This document shows positions 42,847 through 50,374 of a stretch of DNA of 52,215 bases, piece after piece. The notes beneath the pieces are model-generated. The model saw only the letters and a list, made by a program, of their open reading frames with translations. It ran no database searches and was not told the DNA's origin. How positions within the stretch are numbered: the first letter of the stretch is position 1; every line of letters starts with the position of its first letter. The stretch comes from a virus. The position numbers and the translations under genes are program-made. The stretch lies in IMG/VR virus record IMGVR_UViG_3300045988_073749; one strand, given 5' to 3'.

Positions 42847-43332
42847 TTAGAATAGGCTGACCTGGCAGTAGGTAGGCTGCGGCGCCACGGCCGTCCCCGG
42901 TCTCACGCTACGCATGAAGACATCGTAGGGCTGTCCCTTGATTCCGAACCGGTTATACATCGTCCTGGTCTTCGGGTTGCTCTCCACGGCGTAGTAGAAG
43001 GTCCCCTCCGGCCCCATCTGGAGGCCGTGCTTCGGAAAGATGAAGCGGCGAAGGGCACTCTCCTTGAAGACCGGAGGCTCCGCATTGATGTCGTTGAAGT
43101 ACCACTCCTGCGGCTCCCAGCCAGTCTTCCGGCGGATGTTCTCCATGGTCTGCCGCATCTGGTAATCCGGCCGGGCCGTGATGATGATGACATAGTCATC
43201 CTTGATGGCGTCGATCAGATCGCTGCGGTACTCCTCCGCCTCCATGCGACGGGAGAAGGGCCGGAGCATCCGGGTCTCCGCCTGGTTCCCTACCAGGGTG
43301 TAGTTGAGGTCTAAAAGACAAATCTTTTTCAT
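42847..43332 (-). CDS. HAD-superfamily-like protein (motif I variant DLNYT)
   Basis: KKICLLDLNYTL..., ...VIIITARP...; weak assignment. Confidence 0.35.
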   Translation of the reverse strand: MKKICLLDLNYTLVGNQAETRMLRPFSRRMEAEEYRSDLIDAIKDDYVIIITARPDYQMRQTMENIRRKTGWEPQEWYFNDINAEPPVFKESALRRFIFPKHGLQMGPEGTFYYAVESNPKTRTMYNRFGIKGQPYDVFMRSVRPGTAVAPQPTYCQVSLF

Positions 43333-43367
43333 GGTGTTCGCTCCTTTGGTTAGTATTTCCCACTCAT

Positions 43368-43396
43368 ATTATACCACTTTTCGGAATCCTTGTCAC
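43368..43396 (-). promoter_or_regulatory. Sigma70-type promoter with extended -10
   Basis: On the minus strand: GTGACA, a 17-nt spacer ending in TGG, then TATAAT; ~35 nt upstream of ATG 43332. Confidence 0.55.
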
Positions 43397-43507
43397 AGCT
43401 TTCAACAAAAAATCGAAAGTTTTTGCAACTTTTTTGGATTTACTTCCAATCGGTACAAGGACGGGCGGAGCTGGAACCCCCCTGAACGCATTACCTCATT
43501 GTGTTGC

Positions 43508-43575
43508 ATTATAACACAGGTAAATTGCACCCGTCTATTGCACGATTTTTGCACCGGTAAATTGCACCCCGTCTA
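43508..43575 (-). promoter_or_regulatory. Extended -10 promoter (TGTGTTATAAT) preceded by four GTGCAA boxes and a 19/20-nt direct repeat; candidate late-promoter activator or operator array
   Basis: ttgcac on the + strand at 43525-30, 43538-43, 43549-54 and 43562-67; repeats ggtaaattgcaccc(c)gtcta at 43519-37 and 43556-75. Confidence 0.5.
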
Positions 43576-44079
43576 CTTCGTGGCGTCGGCTCCGTAGAGC
43601 CACACCGCAAGGCGCTGCACCAGGCGCTTCCGGTTCCTCCAAACGGTGCTCGTGTCGCATGGAATGATCTCTGCGACGCGCTCATCGGGGAGGTCATCCA
43701 GGTATCTCCCGGTCACGGTCAGATAGTATTCGTCGTCCTGGATGACGGACAGGGCCTTGTCCATGGTGTCGATCTCATACTGATCGGCCGCGATGGTGGC
43801 CTCCATGTCCATGACAACCGCCTCGAAGATTTCCTCGGGCGACAGGCGCACGCCAGACTTCGTGAAGCGGGTAATGCTCTTGCTCCGCTCTCTGGGCCCG
43901 TACTGCCTGATCTCCTCCAAACGCTCCTTGTCATCGGCCAGCTTGCGTCGAAGGATGGGGAGCGCATAGAGGCGGCGCTCCGTGGCCTTGTAGGCGTCTT
44001 TAGCCGACCGCTCCGCGGAGATGCGGCCAGCCTCCACCGCCAGTTTGATAATGTCCTCAAGTTCCTTCCGATTTCCCAT
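43573..44079 (-). CDS. ArpU/RinA-like or sigma70-region-4-type late transcription regulator
   Basis: 168 aa from ATG 44079 (RBS GGAGGAGG); C-terminal ...ERVAEIIPCDTSTVWRNRKRLVQRLAVWL HTH; sits at the early/late boundary. Confidence 0.5.
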   Translation of the reverse strand: MGNRKELEDIIKLAVEAGRISAERSAKDAYKATERRLYALPILRRKLADDKERLEEIRQYGPRERSKSITRFTKSGVRLSPEEIFEAVVMDMEATIAADQYEIDTMDKALSVIQDDEYYLTVTGRYLDDLPDERVAEIIPCDTSTVWRNRKRLVQRLAVWLYGADATK

Positions 44080-44154
44080 TGAAAAGTCGCCTCCTCCGTG
44101 GTATGATAGCAATAGTCACGGGCTGTCACCCCTTCGGGGGAGGCGGCTCTTTTT

Positions 44155-44772
44155 TTACTCAACCTCGTTTCCCCATGTGTCCCATCCAGGTGTCGTGCAT
44201 CTCGCAAATAATTCTATCATTTTCACGTCTCCGGCAAGTTCTGCTATCCTGTCCCTTACCTCCGCCGGTTTTTCGCTATGCCGCCCTATCGGCGCATCAA
44301 TCACGCTATGAACGGACTTCGACACTCTTTTCGGCTTGCCCTTTACTCCGAGAAGGCACACCTCCGGGTTTGCCCTTGTCCAGTTTCCGAGGCCCCAAAA
44401 CCAGCCTGGGGACTTTTTGTTTCTCTTTACCCACACAAACGCAGCCGTTTTGTACTCAAATCCCCATCGCTTTATTGTCTCAATCGCTATCTCCAGATTT
44501 GGAAATGTCGCCCACATGAAAAGAAGGCAATCGTCTTCCGCTATGTCCTGGACCGGAAGGTTGTAAATGTCTTGAGGCGACATCGTTTGGTAATGCCTTG
44601 TGACATTTCTCTTCTTCCCGCCTGCCGAGTATGACCATGGAGGGTCCGCATAGATGACGGAATACTTCTTATCTGGGAGATTTACTTCCTTTTTTCTGCG
44701 AAGGCTTTCTGCCTCTCCCAAAGATACGGCGCAGGATTCCTTTCTTTTCGACTTCGTTTTGCTCACCCCCAT
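44155..44772 (-). CDS. MT-A70-family N6-adenine DNA methyltransferase
   Basis: VIYADPPW motif; ...LFMWAT...; ...SEKP... Confidence 0.8.
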   Translation of the reverse strand: MGVSKTKSKRKESCAVSLGEAESLRRKKEVNLPDKKYSVIYADPPWSYSAGGKKRNVTRHYQTMSPQDIYNLPVQDIAEDDCLLFMWATFPNLEIAIETIKRWGFEYKTAAFVWVKRNKKSPGWFWGLGNWTRANPEVCLLGVKGKPKRVSKSVHSVIDAPIGRHSEKPAEVRDRIAELAGDVKMIELFARCTTPGWDTWGNEVE

Positions 44773-44956
44773 TATTTTCTGTGTTCCCGGTCTCCGTCGC
44801 AGACGTCCGCATCCACCAGGAATCCATTGACCGGTGGGCGTTCTTCATCAGCTCCTCCCGGAGGTTGCTCTCCAGGTACCCGGCGGAGGCCATGATCTCC
44901 AGCTTGCTCACGCGCTTCTCCAGAGCCCGGAGCCGCTTCTCCCGTCGGGCGCTCAT
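44669..44956 (-). CDS. Hypothetical coiled-coil protein (95 aa); overlaps the MT-A70 start by ~100 nt
   Basis: ORF only. Confidence 0.35.
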   Translation of the reverse strand: MSARREKRLRALEKRVSKLEIMASAGYLESNLREELMKNAHRSMDSWWMRTSATETGNTENNGGEQNEVEKKGILRRIFGRGRKPSQKKGSKSPR

Positions 44957-45357
44957 CTGGACGCCTCCAGGAGCTGGCCCATGCGGACGTACACGCGCCG
45001 GAGGAGATCCGCTTCATCCATCACCGCTCCCATGACGGCCGGCATGAGGAAGCCGACACCGGGCATGAGGCGCCCCATCATCTTCGCGGAGCTTTCCGAG
45101 TTCTTGGCGCTAACCTGCTTCTTCACCATTAGCTCCTTCAAATCGCGCAGAAGGCGGACGTCCTCCTCAAAGCACGATGCAACAGCAACGCCATCGGTCT
45201 TCGCAGCGAAAGACTGCCCGATGATCTCCAGGGCCGACATGATGCAGTCATTGTCCTTCCGGTAGATATCGTCCCCGGTCTTGAGATAGGCCTCTCTGGA
45301 GCGCTCAGCGATCTCGTTCAGCCACTCGACTACCTCTGATTTGCTCATCTTTCCCAT
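44953..45357 (-). CDS. Hypothetical protein
   Basis: ATG 45357 lies 7 nt after AGGAGG. Confidence 0.5.
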   Translation of the reverse strand: MGKMSKSEVVEWLNEIAERSREAYLKTGDDIYRKDNDCIMSALEIIGQSFAAKTDGVAVASCFEEDVRLLRDLKELMVKKQVSAKNSESSAKMMGRLMPGVGFLMPAVMGAVMDEADLLRRVYVRMGQLLEASR

Positions 45358-45371
45358 GGTATTTCCTCCTG

Positions 45372-45905
45372 TCACTTAATGTCCGCTTCGCTAAGGAATA
45401 GCAGCACCCCGGGCCCGCCGATGCGGACCTCGAACCTCGCTGCCTCCTCCGGCGTGATGTACTTGTGTCCAAAAACACCCTTCATGTCCCGCCATACGGT
45501 CCACGGAATCCGGTAGAATCCCGCATATCCGAACGAGCAGAGCACAAACGCCAGAGCTCCATACTCAACGGCACGCTCCAGGCGCTCGGCCTGATCCGGC
45601 GTCACCCTGTCCTGCTCCATCCGGCCGGTGTCCGTGTGCTTCGCCTCAAACATGACGGTCCGGCCCCCAAACAGGAAGCCTTTGAAGTCTGCCTGGGCCG
45701 CCTTGGTATAGTGGGCGATGAACTTCCCACCCCCAAGGTCCTTGATCGGCCGCATAGGCTCCGGCGTCTTCTCGATGTCCGCCACCTTCCGGTCCCGGTA
45801 GAAGTTGCATCCAGCCTCGATCAGGGCCTCGAAGTAGTCCCCCTGGGCTTTCGACTTCTTACCGGCGAACCTTCTGGCAGCGGCCAGTTGTTCCTTCGGT
45901 GTCAT
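45372..45905 (-). CDS. recU: RecU-like Holliday junction resolvase
   Basis: ...GDYFEALIE...ADIEKTPEP...ADFKGFLFGGRTVMFEAKHT... pattern. Confidence 0.65.
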   Translation of the reverse strand: MTPKEQLAAARRFAGKKSKAQGDYFEALIEAGCNFYRDRKVADIEKTPEPMRPIKDLGGGKFIAHYTKAAQADFKGFLFGGRTVMFEAKHTDTGRMEQDRVTPDQAERLERAVEYGALAFVLCSFGYAGFYRIPWTVWRDMKGVFGHKYITPEEAARFEVRIGGPGVLLFLSEADIK

Positions 45906-46201
45906 TCTGCATCTTCCTCCTTCCCCAGCATTTTGTCCGCCTCATGCTTGGTGAGGAAGACCGTCCGGCCCCATTCATCCAGTAGGAGCAGGGTGAACGG
46001 TACCGGCTCAACGATGCGACGGGGTGTTACTACCCGGCCGAACAAGAACTTTTCCGCTTCCCGCACTCCGTAATGACAAGCCGGGTTCTGGCGAACTCTC
46101 CAGACCGTAGACCCGATCGGAACCGGAAGTCGAAGCAGCAAGCCCGCCGCTTCATCCTTCCGATACCGCTCCAGCTCCGCAGCATCATCGCCGCTCCACA
46201 T
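45902..46201 (-). CDS. Hypothetical protein (99 aa)
   Basis: ORF, coupled to its neighbours. Confidence 0.45.
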   Translation of the reverse strand: MWSGDDAAELERYRKDEAAGLLLRLPVPIGSTVWRVRQNPACHYGVREAEKFLFGRVVTPRRIVEPVPFTLLLLDEWGRTVFLTKHEADKMLGKEEDAE

Positions 46202-46379
46202 GGTCTTTCCTGGGCCTTCGGCCCGCAGAGGCCGGGATGCCTCCGCCTTTCTGCATCGCCTGTACCAGAATGTCCACGACCTCGCCTTCTTTCACACCGA
46301 GGCGTTCCGCCGTCTCTCTGATGTGATGCGCGGTCTGGCTGGCGACGCGCACAGTGATCTTCTTCTTGTGCTGGCTCAT
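46185..46379 (-). CDS. Ribbon-helix-helix (CopG/Arc-like) protein
   Basis: KKKITVRVASQTAHHIRETAERLGVKEGEVVDILV. Confidence 0.5.
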   Translation of the reverse strand: MSQHKKKITVRVASQTAHHIRETAERLGVKEGEVVDILVQAMQKGGGIPASAGRRPRKDHVERR

Positions 46380-46672
46380 AGCATATCGTCATCGAGCTCC
46401 GGCAGAGGCGGCAGGAAGCCGTCCCTGCGGGCCATGGCCTTGAGCTTCCGCACAGTGGCGTCGCTCACCCGGAGGCCGTCATCCCGGCGGATGGTGATGG
46501 CCTCAAGGAAGGCGGTGATGATCTCCTCCTTGGAGGGTTGCGGTTCCGCCCGGGTGACACCCAGGCCGTCCAGGTACTCGCAGAGCTGCGCGTCGGTCAT
46601 CTTCCGCACCCGGATGGCGCGGTCATGCTGCTCCCTCTCGATGTCGGTCTTCCGACAGTTTCGCTTCTTCAA
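46376..46672 (-). CDS. Hypothetical protein (98 aa)
   Basis: ORF. Confidence 0.45.
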   Translation of the reverse strand: MKKRNCRKTDIEREQHDRAIRVRKMTDAQLCEYLDGLGVTRAEPQPSKEEIITAFLEAITIRRDDGLRVSDATVRKLKAMARRDGFLPPLPELDDDML

Positions 46673-46700
46673 TAGGTCTTCCTCCTTTTGCCAAGCGGCG

Positions 46701-47519
46701 TTACTTGACCTCCGGCCACACCATGCCGTCCGGGTGGTCTCTGATGAGATCGTCGCCCCAGATCGGCGCCAGGCTGTCCTTCATAAAGACGGCGGCATGG
46801 GTCAGGCCAGCGGCCTCCACGATGTTCTCTACCCACTCCCGCTTCGGCTGGTGCTTCTTGCTACCGGGCCCGGTCATAGCCCCTACGATAACCCAACGGA
46901 CGCCTCCGAAGCTCCCGAGACCGGCCTCCAGGTTCTCCATGAGCGGTTCAATGCTCAAGAAGGTATTGAAGTCCACGCTGGTCGCAAAGAGGGGAGCTCC
47001 CTTCCCGGTCACGCTGGTCCCGTACCAGAAGTTATCCCGCTTCGGCAGCTTCCCGGCGTTCGCCAGATCGCAATACCGCTGTGGGTTCTTGGTGAGGAAC
47101 AGGTAGGTGTGCTGCGGTGCCTTGTCGCAGGCATCGAAGACATCCTGAATCCAGATGTCCGGCACCCACTCCCCGAACAGATCGCCCATGCTGGAGACGA
47201 ACACCCGGGACGGGATAGCCCGCTTGGCCGGATAGTCCAGTGTGTAGGTGTGGAAGGTGGGCGCGAATCCCTTCGGGTACGGCGTGGTCCTCGCATAATT
47301 CTGGACGTCGTCCACCGCGTTGCACGGTGAGTTACTGACGTAGATGCCGGACCCCTTGGGAAGATACTCCATAGGCTCCGGCTCCGGCCGCTCACAGGGC
47401 TGCGGCTTGAACCGGTCGATAAATCGCCGGGCGTAACAGTAGGGGCAGCCATGCAGGCAGCCGGTCACCGGGTTCCAGGTGTGGGTACACCATTCGATTT
47501 TGCTTTTGTGCAGGTTCAT
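46701..47519 (-). CDS. Phage Gp37/Gp68 family (DUF5131) protein
   Basis: KIEWCTHTWNPVTGCLHGCPYCYA N-terminus with a CxxxCxxC motif. Confidence 0.7.
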   Translation of the reverse strand: MNLHKSKIEWCTHTWNPVTGCLHGCPYCYARRFIDRFKPQPCERPEPEPMEYLPKGSGIYVSNSPCNAVDDVQNYARTTPYPKGFAPTFHTYTLDYPAKRAIPSRVFVSSMGDLFGEWVPDIWIQDVFDACDKAPQHTYLFLTKNPQRYCDLANAGKLPKRDNFWYGTSVTGKGAPLFATSVDFNTFLSIEPLMENLEAGLGSFGGVRWVIVGAMTGPGSKKHQPKREWVENIVEAAGLTHAAVFMKDSLAPIWGDDLIRDHPDGMVWPEVK

Positions 47520-47525
47520 GGTCAG

Positions 47526-47870
47526 CTATCTCCTTTCGTCGAGCCATCCGCAGCGCGAGTTACACGGGTCCGGGCAGGCCGCGCAGCAGTCGTATGGCTC
47601 CGAACAGTATGCGGCCGCGCCACAGTGCCCGCTTGGGCTTTTCCCGGTGATACACTTCCCGTTCAAGGGGCTCTTGCTTTCCTCCGGCTGCGTCATATCA
47701 AACAGGCTACATTGGTTCTCCATCATCTTCCGGTCGGCCTCCTCCTGCCTCATCTTTCGGAGGCAGCAGGGGCCGTACCCGTCCCGGAGCCCCTGGGAGC
47801 TCGTGAGCAATCCTCCACACCGTTTGCACCGGCGGGCAGGGATGGTGAAGACCTCCTCCTTGGCGCTCAT
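47526..47870 (-). CDS. Cys-rich protein (DUF6011-like N-terminus, Cys-rich C-terminus)
   Basis: CKRCGGLLTSSQGLRDGYGPCC...; CCAACPDPCNSRCG. Confidence 0.45.
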   Translation of the reverse strand: MSAKEEVFTIPARRCKRCGGLLTSSQGLRDGYGPCCLRKMRQEEADRKMMENQCSLFDMTQPEESKSPLNGKCITGKSPSGHCGAAAYCSEPYDCCAACPDPCNSRCGWLDERR

Positions 47871-48022
47871 GCTCCCCAGGCGGCCAAGATCGCCAGGGCA
47901 ATCAAACCGGCCGCCGTGACCCTGGACCCGTTGCTGCGGTCCATCTGCGTCTTACCTCCGAACGTGTAGCAGAATCCGCAGAAGGTGAACAGGATGGTGA
48001 TGATCTGCGCGGAAATTAACAT
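47867..48022 (-). CDS. Small two-TM membrane protein (51 aa)
   Basis: MLISAQIITILFTFCGFCY...AAGLIALAILAAWGA; trimmed from track ORF 47867..48169. Confidence 0.4.
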   Translation of the reverse strand: MLISAQIITILFTFCGFCYTFGGKTQMDRSNGSRVTAAGLIALAILAAWGA

Positions 48023-48026
48023 AGGC

Positions 48027-48908
48027 TTATCCCTCCAGAAGGCTTTCCAGGTTGTCCAGTCTCTTGCACTCCATCTCGCTGTTGTCCCCGAAGATGACGT
48101 GGAGCTGGTTGAGCATGATCTCAACGTCGGCCCGCTCCATGGAGATGTTGTCGCGGATGGCCTGCTCATCCCCGATACCGTAGTCCTCGCAGAACACCAG
48201 CTTCAAGATGGCCTGGGACAGCTCGCTCATCTCCTCAATCGCCTTGAGGGCCTGGGCTCTCTTGCCCCACTTGGCAACGGCCTTCTCATAGAGTGCCATC
48301 TCGCGCTGCTCCGGGGTCATCTCCTCCGGCTCCTCCGCCTGGTCTTCCTGGTCATCGACAGATACCAAGATGTCAGATTTCAGGGTCAAAGCCGGGCGCA
48401 CACCCCCGTCGCCGACGTACGCGAGGTCGTAGTCGAGGCTCCCGTCCGAGTACACGAAGCGCACGAAAGAGGTGCCGGAGCTGGCGGGCGTACCATCGGG
48501 GGTAATGAGCCAGCGCCAGTGTTCCGGCGCAGGGTGAAGGTCTCTGGTCTCCCGGTATTCATCCGCCGTCAGCATGGTCACCTTATCGAGGCAAGCCCCG
48601 TAGTCGTTGAGGCCATCATCGGCGGTCAGATCGCGGTAGGTGGGGACGATGAACTCCAGGATGCCGGGGCGTTCCTTCTCCAGGGCGTCCAGGAAGTCAC
48701 CGTTCAGCCGCTCCCGCAGGCTGGCGTTATTCCAGTTGTTGTTGCCGTTCTCGTCGAAGGGTGCCTGGAAGATGTCTTCCGCAGCCTCGCAGAAATAGTT
48801 CTGCACGGCTCCAGAGTGGGCGGGCTCAAGCTCCTTGAGCACCTTCCAGTTGATACCGGCCAGGGCGAAGGTGTCGCCACGGCGCAGCGCGTTCAGTTTG
48901 ACTTCCAT
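48027..48908 (-). CDS. DGR target protein 2: DUF6273-like/CLec-fold domain with VR2, an acidic linker, and a MazG-like all-alpha NTP-pyrophosphohydrolase-type C-terminal domain
   Basis: ATG 48908 after AGGAGG; ...WRWLITPDG...FVRFVYSDGSLDYDLAYVGDGGVRPALTL...; C-terminal KAIEEMSELSQA... and ...MERADVEIMLNQL. Confidence 0.7.
   Translation of the reverse strand: MEVKLNALRRGDTFALAGINWKVLKELEPAHSGAVQNYFCEAAEDIFQAPFDENGNNNWNNASLRERLNGDFLDALEKERPGILEFIVPTYRDLTADDGLNDYGACLDKVTMLTADEYRETRDLHPAPEHWRWLITPDGTPASSGTSFVRFVYSDGSLDYDLAYVGDGGVRPALTLKSDILVSVDDQEDQAEEPEEMTPEQREMALYEKAVAKWGKRAQALKAIEEMSELSQAILKLVFCEDYGIGDEQAIRDNISMERADVEIMLNQLHVIFGDNSEMECKRLDNLESLLEG
48389..48467 (-). repeat. DGR variable region VR2 (79 nt of TR homology)
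   Basis: 13 mismatches to the TR, all at TR adenines; homology ends after TR position 79. Confidence 0.85.
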
Positions 48909-48924
48909 ATTGATTTCCTCCTGT

Positions 48925-49137
48925 TTATTTATTGGGGCGTTTCCCCCGGGGCAGCTTCTTATTGGCCGACGTTTTCGCGGTAGGAAGGACCTGGCCGCAG
49001 CGGCTCGGGTGGTTGAGGCACGGGTTTTTGCAGGTCCCGTTATTCTCTGGGTTGTACCCGCAGTCAGCGCAGCAGACGTTCCCATGCCTTCGGTCGCAGT
49101 TGAAGATCGTGCATCCTCTCGGGTATGATCTGCTCAT
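48925..49137 (-). CDS. Cys-rich small protein (70 aa)
   Basis: CTIFNCDRRHGNVCCADCGYNPENNGTCKNPCLNHPSRCG. Confidence 0.45.
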   Translation of the reverse strand: MSRSYPRGCTIFNCDRRHGNVCCADCGYNPENNGTCKNPCLNHPSRCGQVLPTAKTSANKKLPRGKRPNK

Positions 49138-49146
49138 TCAGATCAC

Positions 49147-49377
49147 CTACACATTCTGGAACCGATTGGGGCAGTTCACGTTATTGCAGAAACGCTCCGT
49201 TCCGATCTCCCGCAGCGGATGCCCGCAGTATTGGCAGAATCGGCCAGGCTGCCGGGTCGGTTCCTCGTCGGCGTGGGTTCCCCCAAACCTCATACGGTTT
49301 ACCATGCACATGATAGAGCCAGGCTGCGCGGCTGCGCTGCACTCGCTCTTGGCCTTGCAGGTGTAGCAGTTATACAT
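49147..49377 (-). CDS. Zinc-ribbon small protein (76 aa)
   Basis: CYTC...C; CQYCGHPL...CNNVNC. Confidence 0.45.
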   Translation of the reverse strand: MYNCYTCKAKSECSAAAQPGSIMCMVNRMRFGGTHADEEPTRQPGRFCQYCGHPLREIGTERFCNNVNCPNRFQNV

Positions 49378-49741
49378 TCACATCCTCCTCCAGGTACTTT
49401 TCCCAGGTGCGCCGCATGGGTTCCTCTCCCATCATGTAGGCCCACACCCGATCATTCTTCTCGGTAAGCTCAAGGGCATATAGGGCAGCTTCCCTCGGCG
49501 TCCTGAACACCTTTTTTCCGATGTCCTTGTTCTTGTAGTAGTGCAACTGCCGGTATCCGTCTGGGCCGGGCCCATGAAGGACCATCTCATCCCATTTCGG
49601 TAGCAGTTTTTGGACCTCCGCTCTGCACACGCAATACTCCTTCTCGCAAAGGTGGCTGCCCTTCGGCGTGTAGAAGTGCTCTACTACGACCCAGAAGACC
49701 TCTCCGACCTTTGCCTGGTCTCTCGCGCTCACTATCATCAT
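49370..49741 (-). CDS. Hypothetical protein (start uncertain: ATG 49741/49738 or GTG 49732)
   Basis: AGGAGG abuts the first ATG. Confidence 0.45.
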   Translation of the reverse strand: MMIVSARDQAKVGEVFWVVVEHFYTPKGSHLCEKEYCVCRAEVQKLLPKWDEMVLHGPGPDGYRQLHYYKNKDIGKKVFRTPREAALYALELTEKNDRVWAYMMGEEPMRRTWEKYLEEDVNV

Positions 49742-50334
49742 CCTCCTTCGTAGGGGTCCGGCAAGCTCCAGTCCCACGTTTCCCCGGTCTTCTCGTACTC
49801 CTTGCGGAAGTGGTTCTCCACTCCGTCTCCCTCGAAGAACAGGTAATCGGCCGGCAGCGTGCGGCCCACATCTTCCTCGCCAGCCTTTTCGGCCCCCCAG
49901 CGCAGAAGGACATCCTCAGCCAGTATCAGGAACTCTCCTGTCACCGGGGATGCCGGGTCGTAGGCGAACTGGTAAGGGGCGCTTACAACTTCCGCGATGG
50001 TCTCGCCATATCCACCGGCGTCCACCCGATTGAGGACGCACCAGACGACGGCCGCTTGCTGTGCTTTGCTCTTAACACCCCGGGCCTCCGCCCAGACTGT
50101 CTTCGCCAGCATCTCGATCTCCTGATGTGTCCAGGGGATCTCTGGCTCATCTGATGTCACATCGTCCGGGTCAGGAAGCAAAACAGAGCCTTCCCCAATC
50201 TCGATCTGAACCAGGTCCCCAGGGGCGGATTCCTCACCCGCCTCGGTGCCGAGCCGAAGCCCTCCGACGGTCACGCTTGCAAACAGGACCGCGCAGAGGG
50301 TCAGACACACGGCCACCACCAGTTTCTCTTTCAT
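49738..50334 (-). CDS. Secreted SleB/CwlJ-type cell-wall hydrolase
   Basis: Signal-peptide-like MKEKLVVAVCLTLCAVLFASV; ...TVWAEARG...VVWCVLNRV... Confidence 0.7.
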   Translation of the reverse strand: MKEKLVVAVCLTLCAVLFASVTVGGLRLGTEAGEESAPGDLVQIEIGEGSVLLPDPDDVTSDEPEIPWTHQEIEMLAKTVWAEARGVKSKAQQAAVVWCVLNRVDAGGYGETIAEVVSAPYQFAYDPASPVTGEFLILAEDVLLRWGAEKAGEEDVGRTLPADYLFFEGDGVENHFRKEYEKTGETWDWSLPDPYEGG

Positions 50335-50374
50335 GGGTACCACCTCTCGTTTTAATGCCACAGCGGGCAAGATT

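Noticed and set aside
44101-44160. CCCC-TTCG-GGGG hairpin with a T7 run on the plus strand after the MT-A70 gene
   Set aside because: The T-run is on the non-transcribed side for minus-strand genes, and no plus-strand gene ends here. Its role as a terminator is doubtful.
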